This document shows positions 29,127-37,153 of a stretch of 64,000 bases of DNA, piece after piece. The notes under the pieces were generated by a model, which searched no databases, was not told the DNA's origin, and was given only the letters and a program-made list of their open reading frames with translations. The position numbers were made by a program, and so were the translations under genes. The DNA is from an uncultured bacterium. Its GTDB lineage: Bacteria; Babelota; Babeliae; Babelales; Vermiphilaceae. Position 1 is the stretch's first letter. Each line of letters opens with the position of its first letter. The stretch covers positions 448,001 to 512,000 of the forward strand of contig OY970212.1 in NCBI GenBank assembly GCA_963713925.1, read 5' to 3'.

Positions 29127-29312
29127 GCCTTCGCTATATCACCCAAGCAGTACTGCTTGGGTCCGATAGAGCTTCGGCTGGGCAGGCCAGCAAAAAAGAT
29201 TTTGAGATATTATCGATTGCTGGCAGTAAAAAGCGATGGCTGGGTCCCAAAATGTAGTGAAACGAAATTTTGGGTTATATGCTGTCTCGCCATGGCCTTG
29301 GCGGACGCGGAC
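29127..29312 (+). repeat. tRNA-trailer family-A doublet with two nested family-G hairpins (29142-29164, 29242-29274)
   Basis: CCAGCC...GGCTGG stem using the tRNA CCA; perfect inner palindrome CCCAAGCAGTACTGCTTGGG. Confidence 0.75.
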
Positions 29313-29415
29313 AATCTTTTTGTATAACAAAAGGCTCTTAGACTTGTAAAAACAGGCAGAATTAGTTGTTTTTTTCTTATTTTTCTTTAATCTAGGAAAA
29401 TAAAGAGCGAGTGGT

Positions 29416-29491
29416 GCCCACGTAGCTCAGTTGGTAGAGCACTTCCTTGGTAAGGGAGAGGTCACCGGTTCAATCCCGGTCGCGGGCTCCA
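29416..29491 (+). tRNA. tRNA-Thr(GGT)
   Basis: Cloverleaf with loop TTGGTAA and encoded CCA; one A-C mismatch in the acceptor stem. Confidence 0.93.
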
Positions 29492-29545
29492 GATCTTAGG
29501 AACGGCAGTTTTCAGTTTACACCATAAATCAATGGCTTTTATAAC

Positions 29546-29704
29546 ATGGCAAAGAATAGAGTGACCACACATTTATCGTGTGAACAATGCAAAGAACGTA
29601 ATTACACCCAGGTTTTAACAAAAAAACGTACAATGGGTTCTTTGAGTCTTAGTAAGTTTTGTTCTCGTTGTCGCTTGCATACAAAGCATAAAGAGACAAA
29701 GTAA
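29546..29704 (+). CDS. rpmG: 50S ribosomal protein L33, zinc-binding form (not in the ORF track)
   Basis: MAKNRVTTHLSCEQCKERNY...KFCSRCRLHTKHKETK; canonical position before tRNA-Trp/secE. Confidence 0.93.
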   Translation: MAKNRVTTHLSCEQCKERNYTQVLTKKRTMGSLSLSKFCSRCRLHTKHKETK

Positions 29705-29725
29705 GATAGCGAGAATGGTATTTGA

Positions 29726-29802
29726 AGGCCAGTAGCTCGAATTGGTAGAGCGGCAGACTCCAAATCTGCGGGTTGGGGGTTCGAATCCCTCCTGGCCTGC
29801 CA
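29726..29802 (+). tRNA. tRNA-Trp(CCA)
   Basis: AGGCCAG/CTGGCCT acceptor stem, loop CTCCAAA, G discriminator, CCA. Confidence 0.96.
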
Positions 29803-29848
29803 AACAGGCGAGCAGTAATTGATACAATTTTTTCAGATAGGCAAATCA

Positions 29849-30043
29849 ATGAAGGATATTATCCAATTTTTGCAAGAAGTTAGGCTTGAGTTTTCAAAGG
29901 TCGTTTGGCCCAAGTCCGATGAGTTTGTAGGTTCGGTTTTGGTCGTCCTTTTATTGGTGGCCTTTTTTGCTATCTTCCTCTTAGTGGTTGATTCTTTTTT
30001 GGCTAAAGTTGTCGACATGGTCTTTGGGGCGTTTGGCTTCTAA
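29849..30043 (+). CDS. secE: Preprotein translocase subunit SecE
   Basis: FLQEVRLEFSKVVWP signature + single TM; synteny. Confidence 0.93.
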   Translation: MKDIIQFLQEVRLEFSKVVWPKSDEFVGSVLVVLLLVAFFAIFLLVVDSFLAKVVDMVFGAFGF

Positions 30044-30072
30044 GTTGCATCGCAGATGTGTGGGAAAAATCA

Positions 30073-30594
30073 ATGAAACGATGGTATGTAGTTCAATTGT
30101 ATGCGGGGTATGAAGAAGCAGTAAAAGCAGATGTGCAGCGACGCATGCATGACCAGGGTCTTGAGGATTCGTTTGGTGAGATATTAATCCCGTCTGCAAA
30201 AATGAAACAGTTTTTCGATATCCAGGAAGAGAAAGATGAACAGCTCTTTCCCGGATATATGCTTATTGAAATGGTTGCTAACACTCAGACAATGCGCTTG
30301 GTTCTTTCTAATCCAAGGGTTGTTCGCTTCTTGGGTGGAATGGAGCCGATTCCATTGAGTCAGAAAGAAATAGATCGCATTATTTCTCAGATGAGGGGGG
30401 ATGTAAAAGTCGCCGTCTCTGAAAAGGCAGATTTTGTGGTTGGTACCGAAGTTGAAATCAAGGACGGACCATTTGCGGGATTTGTTGGGATAATCGATAG
30501 GGTTGAGAAAGAAAATGAGCGCTTGGTTGTTATGGTGAGCATTTTCGGAAGAATGACTCCCGTTGAGCTAGGGTTTAATCAGGTAAAGCAATAG
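30073..30594 (+). CDS. nusG: Transcription termination/antitermination factor NusG
   Basis: WYVV, LFPGY, KOW DGPFAGFVG, SIFGRMTPVEL. Confidence 0.97.
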   Translation: MKRWYVVQLYAGYEEAVKADVQRRMHDQGLEDSFGEILIPSAKMKQFFDIQEEKDEQLFPGYMLIEMVANTQTMRLVLSNPRVVRFLGGMEPIPLSQKEIDRIISQMRGDVKVAVSEKADFVVGTEVEIKDGPFAGFVGIIDRVEKENERLVVMVSIFGRMTPVELGFNQVKQ

Positions 30595-30614
30595 GCTGAA
30601 AGTAGGTTTTTTCG

Positions 30615-31037
30615 ATGTCAAAAACAATAAAAGCTAAAATTAAGCTTCAGTTGGCCGGTGGAGCAGCGACTCCTGCACCGCCAGTGGGTTCCGCGCTCGG
30701 TCAACAGCAAGTAAATATTATGGATTTTTGTAAGCAATTTAACGCGGCAACAGCAAACCGTAAAGGTCAAACTGTTCCAGTTCAAATTACCGTTTATACG
30801 GATAAAACGTTTACATTTGTCACAAAAACACCTCCTGCTTCGGAGCTTATCAAAAAAGCAATCGGTCTTTCAAAAGGTTCATCTCGTCCGCAAGACAAAG
30901 TTGCAAAAATAACGTGGAAAGCAGTTGAAGAGATTGCTCGCGCTAAGTTTGAAGATTTGAATGCGGTTGATGTTGAACAAGCAAAAAAAATTATTGCCGG
31001 CAGCGCACGTAGTATGGGCGTTGAGGTTGTTGAATAG
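30615..31037 (+). CDS. rplK: 50S ribosomal protein L11
   Basis: [32 protein letters not shown]. Confidence 0.98.
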   Translation: MSKTIKAKIKLQLAGGAATPAPPVGSALGQQQVNIMDFCKQFNAATANRKGQTVPVQITVYTDKTFTFVTKTPPASELIKKAIGLSKGSSRPQDKVAKITWKAVEEIARAKFEDLNAVDVEQAKKIIAGSARSMGVEVVE

Positions 31038-31048
31038 GTAGGTTGCAC

Positions 31049-31747
31049 ATGGCAAAGCATGGAAAAAAATATATAAAAGCTTCAGAAGCTTTGGGCGCTA
31101 AAGAGGTGTTGCCTCTTCAAGTTGCTCTTTCAAAGATTAAAGAATTGGCCTACGCAAAATTCGATGAGTCGGTTGATGTTCATGTCAACTTGGGCATTGA
31201 TGCGAGCAAGGGTGAGCAAACAGTGCGAGGTTCTTTGGTTCTTCCAAATGCTCGTGCGGCAGCTCCCCGCGTGATAGTTTTTGCAAAAGGCGATCATGCC
31301 ACCGAAGCTGAAAAAGCCGGGGCTGATTTCGTTGGAACAGATGATCTTGTTGAAAAGATTAACAAGGGCTGGATGGATTTTGAATACGCTGTGGCAACTC
31401 CCGATATGATGGGTCTTGTCGGTAAGCTTGCAAAACTCCTTGGTCCTCGTGGATTGCTCCCTAATAAAAAGCTTGGCACGGTGACCACTGATGTTGGCGC
31501 AGTTGTCAATGATTTGAAGGGCGGTCGAGTTTTCTTCAAGAATGATAAGAGTGGATTGGTTCACTTTTCTTTCGGTAAGCGTTCATTTGATGTACAAAAA
31601 TTGCAAGATAACCTTGCAACATTTGTGAAGGCTTTGGCTGCTGCCAAACCTGCGTCATCAAAAGGTAAGTTCTTAAAGAAAATGACGATTGCTACAACCA
31701 TGGGTGTTGGAGTTCAAATCAATCCTGACGAATTATTGCGTTCATAA
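31049..31747 (+). CDS. rplA: 50S ribosomal protein L1
   Basis: KFDESVD, LGPRGLLPN, TTMGVG. Confidence 0.98.
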   Translation: MAKHGKKYIKASEALGAKEVLPLQVALSKIKELAYAKFDESVDVHVNLGIDASKGEQTVRGSLVLPNARAAAPRVIVFAKGDHATEAEKAGADFVGTDDLVEKINKGWMDFEYAVATPDMMGLVGKLAKLLGPRGLLPNKKLGTVTTDVGAVVNDLKGGRVFFKNDKSGLVHFSFGKRSFDVQKLQDNLATFVKALAAAKPASSKGKFLKKMTIATTMGVGVQINPDELLRS

Positions 31748-31764
31748 ATTGCAAGGAATAGATC

Positions 31765-32262
31765 ATGAATCGTCAAGAAAAAGAACAAGTTATCCAATCG
31801 CTCAAAAATGATTTTAATTCAAGCGGAGCATCTTTTGTAGTTGGTGTTAAGGGATTGACCGTTTCCCAACTTCAAAACTTGCGCAAGGGGCTTCGTGCTC
31901 AAGGCGGTAAGCTCAAAATAACGAAACCGCGCCTTATGAAGCTTGCTGTTCAAGATAATGCTGATGTTTCAGCCTTGGATCCGTTTTTTAAAAATCAAAT
32001 AGGGGTAGTTTTTGCAGGTAAAGAGCCTTCGAAAATTGCAAAAATCCTTAATGATTTTGCAAAAAATAATGGAGCTTTAGAGTTAGTTGCGGGATGCGTT
32101 GAAAAGCAACTATACGATAAGCCTCTCATTAAGCGCATTGCAGAGCTTCCATCTCGTGAGGTGTTGCTCGCTCGTCTCTGTGGTGTTCTCGCTGGACCTA
32201 TTACAAAATTGGCCGTAGTGGTAGACATGATTGCCAAGAAGAAGGCTGAACAGGCTAGTTAA
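31765..32262 (+). CDS. rplJ: 50S ribosomal protein L10
   Basis: KGLTVSQLQNLR, LPSREVLLA; synteny. Confidence 0.95.
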   Translation: MNRQEKEQVIQSLKNDFNSSGASFVVGVKGLTVSQLQNLRKGLRAQGGKLKITKPRLMKLAVQDNADVSALDPFFKNQIGVVFAGKEPSKIAKILNDFAKNNGALELVAGCVEKQLYDKPLIKRIAELPSREVLLARLCGVLAGPITKLAVVVDMIAKKKAEQAS

Positions 32263-32314
32263 TAATAATTATTTTTTATCATAAGAATTTATTTATAATT
32301 TGTGGAGAAAGCGC

Positions 32315-32713
32315 ATGGCTTCAAAATCATTTGATTCAATCATTAAAGAAATCGGTAGCATGTCCGTTATTGATCTTGCGGATTTGGTTAAAGCATTAGA
32401 AACAGAATTTGGTGTGTCAGCAGCAATGCCTGTTGCTTCAGGTGCCGGTGCTTCAGCCGAAGCTGCTCCAGCTGCTAAAGAAGAGAAGAATGCATTCAAG
32501 GTAGTGTTGACCAACGGTGGCGCTGAAAAATTGAAAACAATCAAAGCTCTTCGTCAAGTTGTAACAACACTCGGTCTTGCTGAAGCTAAAAAAGCAGTTG
32601 AAGATGCATCAGATGCAACTCCATTTGTTATAGCGGAATCAGCTCCTAAAGCAGATGCTCAAAAAATGAAAGAAGTTTTAGAAGCTGCAGGCGCTAAGGT
32701 TGTTCTTCAATAA
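32315..32713 (+). CDS. rplL: 50S ribosomal protein L7/L12
   Basis: LVKALETEFGVSAA, hinge, LGLAEAKKAVE, LEAAGAKV. Confidence 0.97.
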   Translation: MASKSFDSIIKEIGSMSVIDLADLVKALETEFGVSAAMPVASGAGASAEAAPAAKEEKNAFKVVLTNGGAEKLKTIKALRQVVTTLGLAEAKKAVEDASDATPFVIAESAPKADAQKMKEVLEAAGAKVVLQ

Positions 32714-32757
32714 TCGAGCCTTTGCATTCACCTGTATTTTTTGTTTTGAGAGGTTTC

Positions 32758-32784
32758 AGCTTTGCCATTTTATATGGCAAAGCT
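32758..32784 (+). terminator. Perfect 11-bp hairpin in the rplL-rpoB spacer (attenuator/terminator candidate)
   Basis: AGCTTTGCCAT-TTTAT-ATGGCAAAGCT; only a weak U-tract. Confidence 0.55.
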
Positions 32785-32824
32785 TTAGTATTGGAATGTT
32801 TTGCAATTCGTGAGGAGCGACTTA

Positions 32825-35800
32825 ATGTCTCAATTGCACATGGGTAGAACAAATATTCGCAGGTCCTTTGGTAGCATCAAGGATATAGCGCCTGTTCCGG
32901 ATTTAATCGAAATTCAATCATCATCCTTTAATGATTTTGTGCAATTAGATTACTTGCCTGAAGAACGGCAGCTCATTGGCCTTGAAAAGGTACTTCGAGA
33001 TATATTCCCGATCGAATACAATGATAAAATGTCATTGGAGTATGTCAGTTATGAGCTTGGTCATTGGAAATGTACCTGTGGTAAAATAACAGGCATTGAG
33101 AGTAGGTATCAATGGAGTTGCTCTTCGTGTAAGAAGTCAGGCACGTCTCGACTCAATAGCGAGTTGCAATGTCCTCATTGCAGCAAAAAAACAGCTCGTT
33201 ATAAAACATGTTCCAACTGTTTGACACGCGTTGAGCTTAAGTTAACTATGACACTTGATGAGTGCCGTTCAAGTGGTCAAACATTTGCAATGCCTCTCAA
33301 GATCAAAGTGCAATTAATAAGCTGGTCTTTGGATAATAACGGAAAGAAAGTTGTTCACGATATTAAGGAACAAGATATCTTCTTTGCCGATGTTCCTGTG
33401 ATGGCAGACTTGTATGAAGATAACGGAAAATTCAAAGTTGGTAATCTTGGCACATTTCTCATCAATGGTGTCGACCGCGTTATCGTAAGTCAGTTGCATC
33501 GTTCCCCAGGTGTTGTGTTTGCTCAAAGCAAAAAAGTAAAAGATCTTCGCGATAAGCCATATTATGTTGCTCGTATTATTCCAATGCGTGGATCATGGCT
33601 TGATTTCGAATTTGATAGCAATGACTACCTGTATGCTCGCATAGATAAAAAGAAAAAATTATATGTTACCACATTGTTGCAAGCGTTAGGTTTCAGCCGC
33701 GACTCAATCATGCCGTTGTTCTATGATTTCGAGACGGTATATTCTGACAAAGGTTCTTTCTATGCAAAAGTAGATTCTTCGATGATTGGTCGACGTATCG
33801 AAAAAGATATGTTGCCTGAAAAAGAAGAAAAGTCTCTTTTGGGTAAGCGTATTACAAAAGATGTCATAGCCAAATTGCTTAAAGAAGGTATCGATCGTTT
33901 CACTATTCGTCCATCCAGTCTTGTCAATCGTGTGTTTGCAAAAGATGTTATTGATGCAAAGACAGGTGAGATTCTTGTCGAGCAAGGAACTATTTTTACA
34001 GAAGAACATCAATCTCTTTTCAACAATCTCAAAGCAATTGAATTTCAACTGATTCAATCATCTGGATATGTGCTACAACCAACTATCGCATTAACTCTCA
34101 ACCAAGATAAAGTGACGACAGAAGAAGATGCATTGCGTGAAATCCATGCAAAAGTATGGCCTGGTGATAGTGCGACATTGCAAGAAATTAAAGAGCGTCT
34201 CCATTCGCTTTTCTTCAATAGCAAGTTTTATGATTTGACTAAAGTTGGTCGTATCAGAATGAATCGTAAACTTGGTCTTTCATTCCCTGCCGATTTGGCC
34301 GTGTTGACCAAGGAAGATATCGTTGCAACGGTTAAATACTTAGTTAATTTACGTGAACGTGGCGAAGGTGAACTTGATGATATTGATCATCTTGGAAATC
34401 GACGCGTCCGTTTGGTGGGTGAATTGCTCACAAACCAAGTATATCTTGGATTCTTACGCATCGAACGCATTGTTCGCGAGCGATTCAGAATGCAGGAGCC
34501 GCATGGAGCATTGATGCCGCAAGACTTCCTCAATGTAAAACCATTGAGTGCTGTGTTGAGAGAATTCTTTGGAATGGGACAGCTTTCCCAATTTATGGAT
34601 CAAACAAATCCATTGTCAGAAATTGCACATAAGCGTAGACTTTCCGCTCTCGGGCCCGGCGGTGTGTTAAAAGACAGAGCAACCTATGAAATTCGTGACG
34701 TTCATACTTCACACTATGGAAGAATCTGTCCTATCGAAACACCTGAAGGTCAAACGATCGGTTTGATTTCATCTCTTGCAACCTATGCTTTGGTAAATGA
34801 TCTTGGATTCATCGAAACAGGATATAGACCAGTCGAAAATTGCAAAATTAAAGAAGAAGTTGTTTTCCTTGATGCGTTTGAAGAATCAAATCAATATATT
34901 GCACAGGCCGATACGGTAAAAGAACATACCAAAAACGGAGTGTTGGAAGGGAAAATCTTTGCGCGTCACCAAGGTAACTTTATGTACGTTGACGCGGACA
35001 AGATCACCTATATCGATCTTTCCCCAAAACAACTCGTTTCTGTATCATCAGCATTGATACCATTCCTTGAACATGACGACGCATCGCGTGCGCTCATGGG
35101 TGCCAACATGCAACGCCAAGCTGTTCCCCTTATTCGTACCGAGGCTCCTATTGTTGGAACTGGTATGGAGCAAGAAATCGTGAAAGCATCTGGCGCTGTT
35201 GTTCTGGCAAAGCGTGCTGGAACCGTTGTATTTGTTTCTGCAGATAAAATTATCGTTCAATCGGATGAAAACAGTTTCGTTAATCAGGAAGATTGGATTG
35301 CCCACAGCATCGACACCTATTATCTCAGAAAATTTGAACGATCAAGCTACCGCACCTGGATACATCAAACTCCTATCGTACAAACCGGTGATAAGGTGAA
35401 TGCGGGAGATATTCTTTCCAATGGTCAAGCAGTGGATACCGGTGAATTGTCATTGGGAACCAACTTGCTTGTTGCATTCATGCCATGGAATGGGTACAAC
35501 TTTGAAGATGCTATCGTATTAAGCAAGAGATTGGTTGCGGATGATACATTGACTTCTGTTCATATCGAAGAATTCATTGTTGATGCACGCGATACCAAGC
35601 TCGGGCCTGAAGAAATTACCCGTGACATTCCAAATGTGAGTGAAGCGGCACTTTCAGGGCTCGATGAAGACGGTATCGTTAAGATCGGTACTCGAGTAAA
35701 GCCGGGCGATATTCTTGTCGGTAAAGTGACACTCAAGGGAGATATTCAATTCTCTCCTGAAGAGAAATTATTGCGAGCAATTTTCGGTGAAAAATCTCGT

Positions 35801-37153
35801 GAAGTTCGTGATACTTCTTTGCGTGTACCACCGGGGATTGAAGGAACCGTTATTGACGTGAAAATATTTTCACGAAGCGGTATCAGAAAAGATAAGCGAT
35901 ATAAAGAAGAAGTTGCGCTTCAAGTTACAAAGATCGAAAAAGATTATACAGATCATTTGAACTATTTTGATCGAATGATTGCACATAAAATGGTTTCGAT
36001 TCTTGATGGGCAAAAAGCGGCAGCTGCTACACCAAAAAAATATGTAGAATCTGGCGTTTTTGTAAAAGATAAGTTGTCTGGCTTGCCAGTTCAAGAGCTT
36101 TTTGATCTAAAAGCAACTGATAAGGCAAAACAAGCCGAATTGGAACAGCTCAAAGAAGCACATGAAATTCAAGTGCGAGTGTTGAACGGCTTGAAAGAAG
36201 AACACATTGATCGCATGAAGAAGGGTGACGTGTTGCCATCTGGTGTGATCAAGATGGTGAAATTGTATGTTGCAATGAAACGTTCGATTTCGATCGGTGA
36301 TAAATTAGCTGGCCGACATGGTAACAAAGGTGTCGTGTCAACTATTGTGCCTCGTGAAGACATGCCATACATGCAAGATGGAACTCCAGTTGATATCGTG
36401 TTGAATCCGCTTGGTGTACCTTCTCGTATGAACGTGGGTCAAATTCTTGAGACAGCGCTTGGTCTTGCAGGTAAAAAACTTGGTGATCAGTTGCAAGAAG
36501 TGATAGCCACACAAGGTTATAAAGAAATTAAAAACTTTATGATCGAATCGTATGGCAAAGAGCTTGTAAATTCTTATGAATCTGAATATGGCAAAGATGG
36601 TCTTATGGAATTTGCTCGACGCTCTGCCAAAGAGGGTGTTCGCTTTAGAACTCCGGTTTTTGATAGTGCGCAGCTAGATACCGATATTAAACCATTGCTT
36701 GAAAAGCTTGATTTGCCAGCCTCAGGATCGTTCAAACTTCTTGATGGAAGAACTGGTGAATCTTTCGATCAGCCCGTGACAGTTGGAAGTATTTATATGA
36801 TGAAACTGTATCACATGGTTGATGATAAATTGCATGCGCGTTCTGTCGGGCCATACTCACTTGTTACTCAGCAGCCATTGGGCGGTAAAGCTCAATTGGG
36901 CGGACAAAGACTTGGTGAAATGGAAGTATGGGCCTTGGAAGCATATGGAGCCGCATATACATTGCAAGAAATGTTGACGTATAAGTCAGATGACGTCAGT
37001 GGACGACATAAAGTGTATGAGGCGATAGTTCGTGGTGAGGATGTTCCTGAGCCAGGCGTTCCAGAATCATTCAACGTATTGATTAAGGAATTGCAAAGTT
37101 TAGGTTTACAAGTTGACCTGTTCAAGAGTGGCAAGGAGAAAGTCGGTGAATAA
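32825..37153 (+). CDS. rpoB: RNA polymerase beta subunit with an N-terminal Cys-rich insertion
   Basis: SQFMDQTNPLSEIAHKRRLSALGPGG, GDKLAGRHGNKG, GGQRLGEMEVWALEAYGAA. Confidence 0.99.
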   Translation: MSQLHMGRTNIRRSFGSIKDIAPVPDLIEIQSSSFNDFVQLDYLPEERQLIGLEKVLRDIFPIEYNDKMSLEYVSYELGHWKCTCGKITGIESRYQWSCSSCKKSGTSRLNSELQCPHCSKKTARYKTCSNCLTRVELKLTMTLDECRSSGQTFAMPLKIKVQLISWSLDNNGKKVVHDIKEQDIFFADVPVMADLYEDNGKFKVGNLGTFLINGVDRVIVSQLHRSPGVVFAQSKKVKDLRDKPYYVARIIPMRGSWLDFEFDSNDYLYARIDKKKKLYVTTLLQALGFSRDSIMPLFYDFETVYSDKGSFYAKVDSSMIGRRIEKDMLPEKEEKSLLGKRITKDVIAKLLKEGIDRFTIRPSSLVNRVFAKDVIDAKTGEILVEQGTIFTEEHQSLFNNLKAIEFQLIQSSGYVLQPTIALTLNQDKVTTEEDALREIHAKVWPGDSATLQEIKERLHSLFFNSKFYDLTKVGRIRMNRKLGLSFPADLAVLTKEDIVATVKYLVNLRERGEGELDDIDHLGNRRVRLVGELLTNQVYLGFLRIERIVRERFRMQEPHGALMPQDFLNVKPLSAVLREFFGMGQLSQFMDQTNPLSEIAHKRRLSALGPGGVLKDRATYEIRDVHTSHYGRICPIETPEGQTIGLISSLATYALVNDLGFIETGYRPVENCKIKEEVVFLDAFEESNQYIAQADTVKEHTKNGVLEGKIFARHQGNFMYVDADKITYIDLSPKQLVSVSSALIPFLEHDDASRALMGANMQRQAVPLIRTEAPIVGTGMEQEIVKASGAVVLAKRAGTVVFVSADKIIVQSDENSFVNQEDWIAHSIDTYYLRKFERSSYRTWIHQTPIVQTGDKVNAGDILSNGQAVDTGELSLGTNLLVAFMPWNGYNFEDAIVLSKRLVADDTLTSVHIEEFIVDARDTKLGPEEITRDIPNVSEAALSGLDEDGIVKIGTRVKPGDILVGKVTLKGDIQFSPEEKLLRAIFGEKSREVRDTSLRVPPGIEGTVIDVKIFSRSGIRKDKRYKEEVALQVTKIEKDYTDHLNYFDRMIAHKMVSILDGQKAAAATPKKYVESGVFVKDKLSGLPVQELFDLKATDKAKQAELEQLKEAHEIQVRVLNGLKEEHIDRMKKGDVLPSGVIKMVKLYVAMKRSISIGDKLAGRHGNKGVVSTIVPREDMPYMQDGTPVDIVLNPLGVPSRMNVGQILETALGLAGKKLGDQLQEVIATQGYKEIKNFMIESYGKELVNSYESEYGKDGLMEFARRSAKEGVRFRTPVFDSAQLDTDIKPLLEKLDLPASGSFKLLDGRTGESFDQPVTVGSIYMMKLYHMVDDKLHARSVGPYSLVTQQPLGGKAQLGGQRLGEMEVWALEAYGAAYTLQEMLTYKSDDVSGRHKVYEAIVRGEDVPEPGVPESFNVLIKELQSLGLQVDLFKSGKEKVGE

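Noticed and set aside
28220..29415. Integrated prophage or genomic island at the tRNAs
   Set aside because: No integrase and no duplicated tRNA 3' end (attR) seen in the window.
27950..29849. Short ORFs across the tRNA cluster (28035, 28278, 28382, 28655, 29100, 29615 and others)
   Set aside because: They are translations of tRNA genes and palindromic repeats.
31748..31764. L10 leader regulatory RNA before rplJ
   Set aside because: The spacer is only 17 nt, leaving no room for the structure.
34570..34660. Rifampicin-resistance substitutions in RpoB cluster I
   Set aside because: The Q513, D516, H526 and S531 equivalents are all wild type.
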